This document shows, piece after piece, positions 14,701-29,700 of a stretch of 64,000 bases of DNA (position 1 is the first letter of the stretch; each line of letters begins with the position of its first letter). Below the pieces are notes generated by a model. The model made no database searches and was not told where the DNA came from. It was given only the letters and a program-made list of their open reading frames with translations. The translations under genes and the position numbers were made by a program. This DNA is from an uncultured Christensenellaceae bacterium (GTDB lineage: Bacteria > Bacillota > Clostridia > Christensenellales > CAG-1252). The stretch spans positions 3,449 to 67,448 of the forward strand of contig CAZLNZ010000005.1 in NCBI GenBank assembly GCA_964561145.1, written 5' to 3'.

Positions 14701-17700
14701 GCCTATTATATCGCTCAATATGACGATTATAACTATACAGTAGGCTATAGCGGAACAAGAGAAAGCTATGAAAGCAAAATGGCAACCTTGAGCGAAAGCG
14801 ACGGTAACAGCTTTGGTTTCTCCGTCACGGCAAATAGAACCAATAAGGGTTCCGTTTATATTAAGCTCGGAACCGAGTCGGACAGCACTAACATTTTATC
14901 CGGAAGAAGTGCAGGTAACTATACCATCGAGTACTCCCACAGGGTCTTAGTCATACAGCGTGCGGAGTTGCATGTTCTTTGGTATGTGGATAGTGGAATG
15001 AGCTATTCCGATAATATGTATCTTGTTGCCTTGAATAGGGCAGTAGAAAAGCTTGGAGCAACGGAGTACTACATCCAATCCAAGGAGGGCAACCGTGCTA
15101 TTATCACTCAAGATATGTTGACCTCATCCTTAAATAGTACAATGTATCAGCCCGTTGCAAGCGTATCTGAGGGAACAAGTAGCTACACATTCTCGGGCTA
15201 CAACTTCTATGTAACTCCGATTGTGTATATTGACCTCGGAACTTCTATAGTATTCTTTGATCCGAGAGATATTTCCTCCGACGGTTCATACGGTGAGGCT
15301 TATTCGATAACTGCGGACAACGGTTCTGTTCTTTCTGCCGATAACAGAGGATCCTTTGTGTATCATAGTCTGAGTTTCCAAACCGTAGAAACGGTTACTG
15401 TTTCAGAAGTTAACGGTAGCTGGGCAAACTATCGTTGTCAAGACGATTCTACAAGCTTCCGTTGGAGAATAGATACTCGTCCAATCGACGTAAGTTGGGA
15501 TGAATATAATCCCGATAACGGTAACTCCTTTAACAACTGGACAACAATTTTCGATAACAATCGTCATGGTGTTATCGCAACAATGAAAACATACGTCGAG
15601 CAGAATTCGACAGCTATCGGTTCCTATGGTGAAAGAGGTTGGATTAATGAGCAGAGAATAGTGGATACTCTCTGTAATCCTATGGGTTCGATTACTTCGG
15701 GAGGCTCTTATAATGCAAGTCAAGGAAGCGCGACACAAGCGGGACACGCTACTTTCTATGCAACTAATGCGGGTACCTATGTCGCAAATGCAGACAATGT
15801 AAGTAACAAGGAATATTATTTAGCCGAAGGTTCTTCCATAACCTTTACAATAGAAAAGTTTGTTATCGATAAGCTTGTTTGGTATATTGACGGCAACGAA
15901 TTTGAACAAGCCACCTTTGTGGATTATCGTGCTTCAGCTTATACGGTAACGGTTGAAGGTTTCAACTCTACCACTCCCACTCCTACCACAATGATGGGTA
16001 CCGTGGTATCCTTTGTTGACGGAACTAATGCTTATACAAATGCAAATGCTAATTCTGAAGGAGTTCTTCTTAACGGAAAATCGGCATATGTAACCAGAAT
16101 TGTCTTGAAGGACAGTGTTAACTACTCGATTGCTATACAAGGTTCGAGCCCTGCTTGGTACATAAGACAAGCGGTTTTAGACTATAGCATGACTCCCACA
16201 AATCAAACCTATAACGGTTATGAGCAAAAGGTTATGACCTTGACCGTTTCCAATATCAAAGGCGAGGATACGGTTACTTTGGCTTCATTGATTATCGACG
16301 GTGAATCCGTTACCGCTCCTACCTTCAGCGGAACAAGCAATACCTATTACATAACACGTACTAACGCAATAATCAATTGTGCCGTATCCGTAACGTTACC
16401 TGCTTTGGCAAACTATTCTTGGAGTAGTGAGACTACAACTGCGCACTTTACCTTAGCACGTTTGGAAATCAATCTCGATTGGATAATTCCTTCGATGCTT
16501 ATCTATAACGGAGAGACTCGCGTCGGTTCTGTGACCATTGGAAATATTCAAGAAATTGACCATGAATATAATTATGATTGGAGTATTGCCTCCGATTGGA
16601 CAAGAAGCGGTTTGAAGAATACTCGTGAGCAGAGAGTAACAATTGAGGGTAACCTCGCGGGGGCTGAAGCAGACGTATTCTCCGTACTGTTTACTTATAC
16701 TCAAAACGTTTCAAACTACAGTGCCGGCACCAGAGCAAAAACGGACGATTTATCGGCAAGCCTTTCGGGTAGTGATGCCGGTACCTATTCTATAAGAGTT
16801 TCTCAAATTAACAGCGGTAACTATATTCTCTCTTCTTCTGCAGAAAGAAGCTGGACAATAGAGCAAGCAAAACGTGAGTTTATATGGACAATTACCGATG
16901 CTGTCAACTCGACATTGAGCAATCCTTATGAGTATGCAGACGGAAAACTATTGAGCGGAACCTATGTTAGTGAATATGATGCTCAAAATATAACCGTTAA
17001 GGCGGTTGTATACGATAATGGCACCCTTTGTGAAATAAGCGGTTATACCGTAAACAACGGTATCGTTAGCGGTGATACTTATTCTGTAAGAAATGCCAAT
17101 ACCTATAACATATCGGTAAATACCGTTGAGGATTTCGATGAGATTGTAAATGACAACAACCATGCTTTGCAGGGATCAAGCGCTATAAAGGTTGTTATTT
17201 CCAAGAAGAAATTGTCGTTGGAATGGCAAAGCTCGACCGATGACAGTGCCGATGAGGTCAACAAAAATAACGGATATGCCGTAGAGTACGATACAAGACG
17301 TCACGGATGGATTGCTACCGTTTCGGGAATTCTCGAAGATGATAGAGGAAGCGTAACACTTTCTACAATCGGTACAAGTAATTCGCTTGAGATAACTACT
17401 GAGGGAATTGCACTGATAAAGAAATTCTTTAGTGCCGCAAACGTTCAAGAAAACGTTGCGACATACTATTGCTATATCTCCTCCGTTATTGACGGAGAAG
17501 AGGGTGGCAACTATAGCTTGTCCGGTTCTTCTCGTAGCTTTGTAATTCAACCGAGAAGGGTAACCCTTTCCAACTGGATATTATCCGACGGTATCACAAT
17601 CGATAACGACGGAGAATATGAGCAAACCTACAACGGCAGACGTTGGAATATGAGTATAAGCGTTGAATCGGGACTTCTCGGTTCGGACACCGCAACCATA

Positions 17701-20700
17701 GTGGACGGTGTTTATAACGGAACCTATTATGCAATCGATGCAAATCTCGAAGGTTCTTACTCATGCTCTGCAACCTTTACCTTTAATTCGGGTAGCCAAT
17801 ACAATTATACATTGGCATCGGACGGTACTTATAGTTGTATCACCGATAACGTGGTATGGAAGCTATTACCTAAGAATATTCTTGCTTCTAATATTCTTTG
17901 GACACTCGATGACGGTGAAGTTTACGAAAAGACATATGACGGAAAAGAGCATACAATCAAGGCTCGATTCGCAACTATCGACAGTACATTGAGTAGTGCC
18001 GAGGACGGCTTGGTAATCAACGGAGATAACCTTGTTCTTTCCTTCACGGGAAATACAATCGCAACCGATAGCGGAGAATATATGGCTTCTGTCACTTCTA
18101 TTCTCGATAACAATAACTATAACTTAGTTCTCGATAGCGGTTATTCCAAGCTTTGGACTATCAAACGTGCTTTACTTACTTTGAACTGGAGCGGTGTTCA
18201 AGGTGGAGTTTATAACGGTGAAGAGTATGTTCGTTATGCCACAATTAGCGGATTAGTTGAGGGAGAGAGCTTAACTCTCAGAGTTAACTACGAGGGGTTT
18301 GCTTGTGCTGATTCCGATTATGTATACGTTGACGGAAGAGAGGAAGACATAGGATATCCTATCGAGATTAAAAACGGTGTTAGAATATCCTATAAAGGAA
18401 AGAATTACAACGAGTTAGCATATGGTCTCAATATCGATAAGAACTCTCTGGACGACAGTTACGACAATAACGGCAAAGCCTCTAACTATGAGTTTGTCGA
18501 GGGAATCGAGTTTACCGATAGCTTTAATGTCTACAAGAAGGAGCTATCTGTCGTTTGGTCGGGAGATGCAAACGGTATGTATAATAAGCAAAGCTTTACG
18601 CGTACTGCAACCGTTTACGGCTTTGTAGGAGAGGAAGGTTTGTACTTTACCTTAAATATACCGGAGAATGCGGAGTGCGATAGTTCTTGGGGTGTATTCG
18701 ACAAATATGTTAGCAATTCGGAAAATACAATTACAGTTTCGGCTATAAGAGCGGGTACGTATGAGTTCGTCATTAGTGCCGAGCTTAAGGATAACGGATA
18801 TATCCTTGCCTCTAACTATCTCTTTGCATCTGGTTCCGATAGCAGTAACACTTTGGTGATTGCCCCGGTAAGCTTGACTTTAGAGTGGAATAGTACCACA
18901 AACGGAGAGATAGACGAGAAATCTTACGATGATGGCTATTCCGTTGTTTATGACGGTGAGAGACACGGCTGGAGTGTTAAAATCAGCGGTATACTTGAAG
19001 GAGATGAATTAAGTTTCTCTGCAATCGGAATGAACGATAACAGTAGCGAATACGAGTATTCTACACTTTCGTTATCGAGTAAGCTTGAAAACGGTGTCGA
19101 TAACATCTTCTATATCGATTCGACCAATGCCGGTAGCTATAGTATAATCCTCGGTGCAATCGATAACAGCGACTATGATTTATCGGGTCAAAACTTATCT
19201 CGCAATAGTACGATCGCCAAAAAGACCCTTTCAATGAAGTGGAATGAGGACGAAAGTACCGTTCGTGTTTATAACGGAATATCGGTTGAGCGTGTTGCTT
19301 CCTTCGAGGGCTTTATCGGAGATGAAACATTAAGCTTTAGAATAGCTTCCTCGGGCACCTCTACAATTACACCCGAGCCAATTGACGGATTGGTAATAAT
19401 CGGTGCCGACAATAATAAGATAGTTTACTCTGCAAAGGATGCAGGCACATATTCTTTATATGTATATACAACCCTCTATGACGGAAGCGGTCTAGCTCGA
19501 AATTACAGCTTTATTCCCGAAACAAGCAATAATACCCTTGTTATAGAAAAGAAAACCTTGACAATAAGTTGGAAGAGTATAACAGAGGGCGTTATTGACA
19601 CGGTTCAAAGGGAGAACGCTTACAACGTGGTATTTGATAACAAATCTCACGGCTGGATGCTTGAAATAGGCGGAATACTCGATCAAGATATTGTAAGGTT
19701 TATTTCCGTAAACAATAATTATGCAAATTGCGAAATAAGTTCCGGTGATAATCTGGAAAACAGACAGTACATGCTTTCCAACACCGATGTAGGAAGCTTT
19801 AATATTGCAATCTCGGGAGTGACAAATTCTAACTATGATGTAAGCGGTGAATTGTCAAGAGCCTCTTCAATCGAACAAAAGGCGATTACTATTTCAATTG
19901 CATACTATGATGAAAGCGGTTCCTCCTCCTTGTTAGGAGATTCAAAGACCATTTCCTACGATAAGTATAGACACGGTTTAGTCTTGTCCGTTAACGGATA
20001 TATCGAGAATAGCGGCGGCTTCAGTAATTGGACCGTTTCGGGTGCTACCGACTCTAAGGGACAACAAGTATCTGCCCCCGCTTTGGATGGGGTTTACGAA
20101 CTATCGAGTATCGATGCAGGTAGCTACTCTGTTAACTTTACCTTTAATAACAGTAACTACATTGTCAACGGTAACAGCGATGGCGTTGCAACCTTTGCTG
20201 ACAGATGGACGATTACCCCAGTTGCCTTGAATGCTCAATGGTATGCAATAATCGGCGGAACACTTCAATCGAGTGTTTACACACAAGACAATTTATCTTG
20301 CGTGTATGATTCTAGCTATAATGGCTATAGAATTGTAGTAAGCGGAGTGATTTCGAGAGACGGTGAACTCGATGACGCAGGTGTTCTTGTCGAGTATAAC
20401 GGTACCTTATCTGCAATTTCCACTAAAGATGGCGGTTATGCGGACTACACTATTAATACATATACTCCTAACGCTTGGGAGATCAAAGTTATCGGTATGA
20501 ATAGCGGTGCAGAGGACAACAGCAAGAACTACACCGTTGTCACCTCACAAAAGACCGTCACAATCACTCAAAGAGCTATGAGTATTGCTGTTGAGTCAAT
20601 AGATAGTGTTATTACCGATAGCTCGTTGACTTCCGTTTATGATGGTGGAACGCACGGCTTTAGAATTTCAATACAAGACGTTTTGGATTGTGATATTTCA

Positions 20701-23700
20701 CAATTTACGACTTGGGTCGGTGTCAATACCTCAGGCTCTCAAAGTAAACCTGACGGAAACGGAAGCTATTCCTTTGAAAGTAAAAATGCCGGTATCTATT
20801 CCATTTCGGTAATCTTTACAAACAAAGACTCCAACTATGCAGTTACGGCTCCTAGTTTTAATGTCAACGGAGAATCATATTCTTTCAATATTGAATGGAA
20901 AATCGAGAGAAGACCCGTTGATTTAACTTGGGATTTATATAAAGCGGTATCGGGCGTTGATGCAACTGCCGACGGTTTAACCGTCGTTTACGATGGCACT
21001 TATTATGGTTGGATTGCCTCTATAAGCGGAATGCTTGACGGAGACGAGGTAATGATTCAATCATCAAACGGTGGCGAATATATAACTACTACTCAGCTAG
21101 AGCCTACCAGTGGTCGCGGTAAAACAATTGCCTTCACGGTTTGTGATGTTAGGGTAGGCTTTGTTAATACAGAATATGTTGCCGCTGTCAGCAAGGAACT
21201 TGTAGGAGATGATGCCCCCAACTATTACATCAAATCGGACGGTCAACAATTGACCTCTGTCAGTGCTAAGAAAGTTACCATTTCGCCCAAAAAACTAGTT
21301 ATTAAGACTTGTTACGATTATTATCCCGATATGTATCCTAAGGGATTCGATTATGACGGACAAGTTCATATTCGTTATATACATGTTGAAGGAATTGTTG
21401 CAAATCGCAGCTTAAGATTCTTGATAAGCGAAAACGGCGGCGTAACCTTTACTAGTGCTATAAGCAATGGCGGCGTTATTCTGGATAACGAAAGCAATTT
21501 GGTTTACAGAGCAATGAACGCAGGTTCTTATTCTGTAGGCATTTATGCAATAGAGGATGCTAACGACCGTGCAAGTAACTACTATCTTGAGGAATTAAAG
21601 AACGACTTGTTCAATATTCAAGCACAAGAGTTGTTCCTTAATTGGATTCCCCACAAAGGTCAGCTTAGCGATTATGAAGGAGTTAACGATGCATCGGCTG
21701 TCGTAAACTACGATGGTGCCTCTCACGGCTGGATGGTTGTTGTCTCAGGAATAAAGGAGGGCGATTATGTATCCTTTAAGACCATTGACCATAACTTTAA
21801 TAATACTACATTGACCACCGGAACAACGATAGAAAACGGCAAAGCATACTTCTTTGACAGTGTCGACGTTCTCTATGATTCTAATGGTAATATACAAAGC
21901 TATCATGTGGAAATCGCACAAGTTAACGGCGGTAACTACTATTTCTCACCGCAAGAATATACGACGATAATAGAGCCCAGAACCGTAAACTTCGCTTTGT
22001 CATCCTACGATAACGGTACCAACTCTCTAGATTCCAATAATAAGGTTGAGTACGATAGCGGTACTCACGGCTTTATGCTGACAATTTCCGGCTTGGTCGA
22101 AAGCACGGATATCTTTGAGCAATGGTCGGTATCGAACGGTGTGACTATATCCTCCTCCTCTGCACCTATTAATAACGGATCCTTTACCTTCCTTGCCGAG
22201 ATGCATGGTAACTATTCCTTGACGCTGAAGTGGAAGAGCTCGTATAACAAAAACTATAAGTTTGTTTTGAATAACGGAGAGGGCTTAGATGGTACATTAA
22301 CAGAAGATTTGGCAGGGCAAACCCTTACTCAAAGTTGGGAAATATCTAAGAAGAGAATTATCTTCTCTTGGCAATCGGACGCAGGTGCTTCTTATGAGTA
22401 CACCGGTAGTTATATCGAGTCTATTGCTTCGGTTTCCGGTATATTTGTAGGGGATTCCGTTCCTCTTACTTTCAATTATTACGGAAACGGCGTTACTTAT
22501 AATGCCGATACGGTATTCGATTCTAAGACTACCACCGTAAGTAACGGTAGTTCGGTTATCTACAAGGGATTCCACGTTTCGAAGTACGAAGATGGCGTTG
22601 AAAACAAAAATAAGTATACCGAACCTTATGGTATTGTAATATCTATTTCCGATTCCGAAAATAGCAGTTATTGTATAGACGAGAATACCTCAAATGCAAC
22701 CCACTATTTCGATATTACTCCTCGTACCCTTTATCTAAATTGGTCGGGAGAAAAGGTAGGATATTACCAAGGCGGAAGTACCTATGTTAACAGAAAGTGC
22801 CTCCTTTCAAATGTTGCTTCATATTATACAACAAACGATAACGGTGAAGAAGTATTCGATGGCGATCTTATTAAGCTATTCTACACAATGGACAACGACA
22901 AGGGTCGCATTGTAACCATTAATGGCTTTGATGTATTCGATGAGGCATATTCCGACTATGATTTTTCCGAAAGCATTTATTCTATTGCAAACGGTGAAAG
23001 CTTTACATACGGTTTGAATGCTGTGGGTAAAGTCAATATAACTATAACAGGTTGTGCTAATACGGATATTAATGGTAATTCCTATTATGACTATAAGGTT
23101 GAAGGTAGCGACACCCTTACAGTGAAGCCCACTCCTTTAGATATAGAGTATATTTCTGTTAATGCCGAGGGTTCTAGCAAGCCAAACGGATTCTCTACCA
23201 TATATAGTGGTGAAGTTCAAGGCTGGAAAATCGTTATTAACAATCTCTTCGAGGAGGATATCATCACCCTTACAATCAGTAATAACAGCTACGAAAGTCT
23301 TACCACAAGCGAGATTGTATTTAGTAATAGTAATTACTATGCAACAGTCGGAAGCATAAATGTAGGCGAGTATTCAATGGATATTGTTGCAATAGATAAT
23401 GAGAACTATACCCTCAGTGAAGGTATTAAGTTATCCAGTTCGATTACACCTCGTACGGTGGAAATTAATGTCGATGGCTACAATGAGTCGGGACACGATA
23501 TCGGCAACATTATCACCTCAACAAATTCTACCGTTACTTATGATGGTAGGGAACACGGATATTCTCTTGCTGTTAGCGGAATTGTATCAAGTGATGTATA
23601 TCTAAGCTTAGGTAGTGTATTAATGTATGATATTGGCAGGATTCAATCGGGTTATCTTGAAAATACTACTTACAATATATACGGCAAAGAGGCAACGAAG

Positions 23701-26700
23701 TATTCGCTTGAAATACTTGGAATCGTAAACGCAAGCGGCGAAGAGAATTCTAATTATCAACTCAGTATTCTTTACGGTGATATCGAGAATACCGGTATAA
23801 CCCTTAATCAAACCATTGAAAAACGTGCTGCTCTAGTTAGCTATGAGGAGTATTCTGAAAACGGTAACTATATGACCGCAAACTCCATCGTTTATGATGG
23901 TGCTAAACACGGATATTCTGTAACGATATCCAATATCATCGAGGGCGATGAAATATTCAAAACCTGGAATGAAAATGATGAACCTGCAACGGCTCCAACC
24001 GCAAGCGGCACTTATTACGTTTATATAACAAATGTAGGTGAGGCGAGCTTTAGCTTTACAGTTGACGAAGATAATTTGACCAATTATGATTTTGGCACCT
24101 CTAAAACGGCGGCATCACTCTCTTGGAAAATCACAAAGCGTCCACTTTCCATCACTTGGAGCGGAAAGAGCGGTGCCGAGTACACCTACAAGGGGTATTA
24201 TTATACTCATACCGCAACCGTTTTCGGTATTGTCGAAGGAGATTTGACAATCGAAACGACGGAATTGTCCGGCTTTACTTATCCTTCCCTTAATAATCGC
24301 GGCACTACCGACAATACAGCTTTCTATAGAGCCAAGGATTGCGGTAAATACGGAATCAAAGTTAATTTGGAAGAGTGTAATGAAAATGCTTGGCAGAACT
24401 ATGAGCACCCGGATGAGGATTCCGACGAATGGACTAACACCTTTGAAATAACCACAGCACCTTTAACTGTTAGCTGGAGTTATTTGAATTCTCAAGACAC
24501 CGCTAATAGCGTTGTTTATGACAAGCAAGAGCATGGTTTTGTTTTGAGAATAAGCGGAATACTAGGCGAAGACATGTTCTATCTCGGTGACCTTGCTAAT
24601 AATGGTTTCAAGGTCCTTTTATCCAGAGATGACCAGTTGAATAATAATGAAGCCTATAGTTTCGTTGCAAAAGAAGTTGGACGCTATTCTATAAGCGGAA
24701 TCAATGTTGTCGGTAGCTATGAATCTAACTATACTATTACCACGATTTATCCTAATCTTGACCAAGCCGTTAGCGAGGAACTGAATTTTGAAATAACTAA
24801 GCGTACAATCGGAATTAATTGGAGGAGTTTGACCGATGGTAACCTGGGTTCCTCAATAACCGGCAACGCTTCGAGTATGGTTTATAATGGCTTAACTCAC
24901 GGATACGGCATCACGCTTTCCAATATACTTGACGGGGATAGCGTGTCTTTTGTCGGTTTACAGTCGACATTTGAAAACACCCTCCTCAATGGCGTACAAC
25001 TCGGGAACTCAACCTACAATGTGTTCTCCAAGAATGCATCTTTCTATTCAATAAGCTTGGGTTCAATCAATAATGATAACTATACCTTAGAAGGTGCTCA
25101 AACCTCTAAGCAATTGACTATTGAACGTGCTCATCTTTCCATTTCTTGGAGTGGTACGGATGGTGGAGAGTATAAGAATGCGGCATATGAAAAAGCGGTA
25201 TCGATAATCGGTTTTATCGGAAACGATGATTTAACCTTCAGCTACACTATTGATGCAGCAGGATCTACATCAAGTGCAACTATAATTCGTTCCGCCGATG
25301 ATAATACTATCACACTTAGCGGAACCCATGTTGGCATTTATACTCTTACCTTGTCCAAAGATATTGCCGACGGCACAAAGGGATTAGCTCAAAACTATAT
25401 CCTCAATGGCGGAGCGGATAGCACCTCTTCCATAAGCATTACAAAGAAGGCAATAACAATAAGCTATGAAAAATATGATAAATCGTCGACATTATCTTTA
25501 GAGTATGACGGAGAATATCACGGCTGGATCGTTAAAGTGTCGGGACTCATTGAGGGTGATTCCGTTTCCTTTACGGATATGATTTCTTCTACTTATGAGA
25601 AGAACGAGTTAATCGAATCTTCCTATTATATGCTCTCGAAGAATGTCGGTGATTATTCGATGACTATCGGTGGTTTTGAAAACGATAACTATATTATTCT
25701 CGGTGGAAATACCATTAAGAGCTTTACAATTACTCCTAAGCAATTAACCATTGTTTGGGGTAATGTTAACGGTGGCGTTTATAACGCTCAAAGCTATACA
25801 AATTCTGCCACCGTTTCAGGTTTAATCGAAGATGAGTCTTTGATTCTCGATATTACTCACAAGAGTGATGAGGGATATAAGACTCCTACTTATACAGCTC
25901 ATACCGCTATTGTCAACAATTCTTCTATCTCTTGGTCTGCAATTCGTTGCGGCTCCTATCAAATTGAATTAGGTATTTCTAACGGTTCGAATGGAAATGT
26001 GGCAAATTACACCTTGGCAACCAACAGAACCGATAAAATGGAAATAACCCCCGCTACCATTTCATTAACTTGGACAGATTTACGCACTGATAATTCAGTT
26101 GAGAATATAAGCGGCATCTATGATAGTAACAGATATGGCTATAAGTTAAATGTTCAAGGTATCTTAGGAGAAGATGTAGTTAGCTTTAACGTAATTTCCT
26201 CAAACTTCGAGCAAAACGGCTTAAAAGCTAATGACAGAGTAAGCAATGCTTCTTATGAATTCTCTTCCGTGAATGTCAAAGCTGAAGGGTATTCTGTTGC
26301 AATTAGCGGTGTAGATAATCCCGATTACCAATTGATTGGCGGTACATATACCTTAAATATTACACCTGCAACACTTACCGCAGTTTGGGATGACAGCAAC
26401 CATTCTGCTGTCTATAACGGAAATACAATTCAACGTACATTAACTGTAAATGGATTGATAGGAAGTGATACATTAACCTTTGCCTACACAACAAGCGGTA
26501 ATCCCGAAGTAAATGTAACATCCCCTGTTCAATTGGGTAATAATGGAGTTATAACCTTCTCCGCAAAGAATGCCGGCACCTATACACTTACAATGCTTAC
26601 AAGCATTACCGACGGAAACGCTTTTGCTTCCAACTATAAGCTTTCCGGCTCCGATGTATCGAGAACAATCACAATAACTAGGGCAATGCTATCCATTACC

Positions 26701-29700
26701 ATGCAGGGCGAAGGCTCCACATATAACGGAAGCTCCTTTGAAAAGATTGCCTACATCAGCGGTTTGGTAGGAAACGAGAGCTTAAAGGTTAAGGTTACTG
26801 TTGAAAATGGAGAGCCTCAAATAACTACGGCTTTGACAAATTCCTATGCAACAATAGTAAATAACGGACAGATTTCCTTTACCGCTGTACATGCAGGCGA
26901 TTATAAAGTGGTTATCGGAGATATCGTTTCCGATAGCGGAAACGCCTCCAACTACTATTTCGACTCGACAGTAGAGCGTGCAATGGAATTGACAATTGCA
27001 AGAAAGGCCCTGACCTTAAACTTTGGCGGTGATAGCGATCCAATATATAGCGGTGAAAGCTATACAAGATACGGTTATCTCACAGGTATAGTTAACGGGG
27101 AAACCTTGAAGATATCCTTTGCAAATGTACAGGGCGAAAGTGTATTATCTTCCGTAAACGGAATGGCAGAGGTCGCAAACGGCGAAGTCTTCAATTATTC
27201 CGCAAAGAATGTCGGTACTTACTCTATAAGCGTATCTACGACCCTTTCGGATGGTTCGGGGCTTGCTTCCGACTATTATATCTCTGATGGAATTACAACA
27301 GATGAGTTGACCATTTCTCCAAAGACCATTCACTTGAATTGGTTCGGTAATACCGATGTCACATATGACGGTAGTGAGCATTATCTGGGAACCTATCTAT
27401 ACGGACTTGCAAACAATGAAACCTTAACCTTGTCTGTAACGGTTGTTAGCGGTACTCCTACCGTAACTCCCGGTTTAACACCTGCTATAGGTAATGATAA
27501 GAGTGCTATCGCTTTGATGCTTAGTGCAAGAAATGTCGGCAGCTATCAAATCAGTGTTTCAAGCACCTTGTCTGACGGCACAGGACTTGCCTTGAACTAC
27601 ACATTAGATACAACAAATCTTTCCTCTCCCGAATTGACTATTGCGAAGAGAACTTTAAGCATAACTTGGAATGAATATCATGACTACGATGACTCCTACG
27701 TTTATAATGCAAAGCCTCACGGCTATAGCCTAAAAGTCAACGGTCTTGTAGATGGTGATGATATCTTTACCGAGTGGGGTGCTGAGGGTAATGTCACTTA
27801 TCCTACTAAGCCTGCAAAGAGTGGTACCTATTACTTCACTGCAATTAATGTCGGAACCTATAAGGCTACGATAAGCGTTACAAATTATAGTAATTACTAT
27901 CTCGATGCTTTTGATACAGAGAAGAGCTGGACAATTTCTCCTAAAGCAATTACCGTTACTTCAACTACAATAGGCTTATCTTCGGGTGAAGCAACTTATA
28001 GCGGTTCTACGGTTGGCTATTCGTTATCCGTTGACGGAATTATTTCAGGCGATAGACTTTCCTTGATCGTTGATACAAACGTTGAGAATGTTGGCTTCGT
28101 AAGTTCCGATTTAATCTCGAATACCTCCTATTCCTTCACTTCGGCAAATTGGCTAGACGGTGGATATTCGATAGCAATTAGCGGAACAAATAATACAAAC
28201 TATATTTTGGAAAACGAGGTTAGATTATCTTTTATAATTAACAAGGCTACCTTAACCTTCACTTGGTCCGGAGAAAAGGGCGGAGTTTACAGTTCTCAAG
28301 CGTATGCACGTACCGCAACTCTTTCGGGCATTGTTGAAAATGAGAGTTTGACCTTTGCTATCGAGAAAGACGATGCAAGTAAAGTAACTCCTTCCGTTGT
28401 TTCTGATAGCGTTGCATTGTCTTATGCTCAAAATACATTGACATATTCTGCAGTAAATGTCGGAGAGTACTCTGTTAATATAATCTCCGTTTCCGACGGC
28501 TCGGGTAAAGCATCCAACTATATCTTTACCGAAAGCAGTGACTCGATGAGTATTTCTAAGAAAGCTATAACCGCTATTTCACTATCGGAAAATAGCAAGG
28601 TTTATGACACAAAGAATGTAGATTACACATTATCCGTAAACAAGGTATCGGCTCTCTTCAGCGGAGTACAAGGTCAAGATAAGCTTGTTCTTAATAAAGA
28701 TTATTCATACTCCATTGTCAACGACAGTGTAAGCGTTATAGGGGAAACTCCTGTAAAGGTTAGTGTATCACTGTTAGATACCGCATTGTCTAATAACTAC
28801 TCCTTGAGTGAAAACGAATTTGAATTTACTATCACTCCTTATACGTTGAGCTTGACCGATCTTGATTATACTTCTTCTGTGGTTTATGACGGAAATGCAC
28901 ACTCTGTAACCCTTTCTGCATCACCTCTAGGAGAAGAAGTTACATTTAGCGAAGTTAGCCTGTTTGGCTTCTGCAATTGCGGTAGTCATAATATCGCATA
29001 TCCTAGCACAAGTAACAGCGTAACAAATGCAGGTAATTATTGGTTACAAGTAAGCGGTATAAGCAATTCTAACTACGTATTTGCATCACAAGAACTCTCG
29101 GTAGTATTCGGTAGCTACTATGAACAATTAACCGACCTAGCCCTTGCAGACGGTGCTTTAATTTATGCACCCTTTACGGTACTTAAGAAGTCTAATGGCT
29201 TTATTCAAGATGCCAAAGAGGAAACTGGTGTATTTAATGGAACTTATCAGTTTACCGAAAAACCTGCTCTTGCAGACGAATATGTCGCAAACGCTATGGT
29301 CAATATTTATTCCGATGAAGGTTGTACCGATCTAATTAGCTCCTGCACCTATTCGGAATATAAAGGTGTAAGAAATGTAGGAACCTATTACATAGTGTTC
29401 TCCATAGACACTCAATCGGATTTGACAGATGAAACCGATGATGGCTGCAATATTAGTACTTCTAATGCAAGCACACAACTCACTTGGAAATACACTATCA
29501 AAAAGAGTAATATAACGGTATCTTATGACAGTGTGATTTCTAAGGTATATGACGGGACCTCAATTCCTTCCGATAGCGAGTACTCGATTAGAGTTAGCGG
29601 TGAATTGTATACCGTTACAACCACCGTTACAACCTCGAACAGAATTACAACCTTAACCAATTCCAACGGTGTGAAAGTTACCGTTGCGGCTAGATATGCT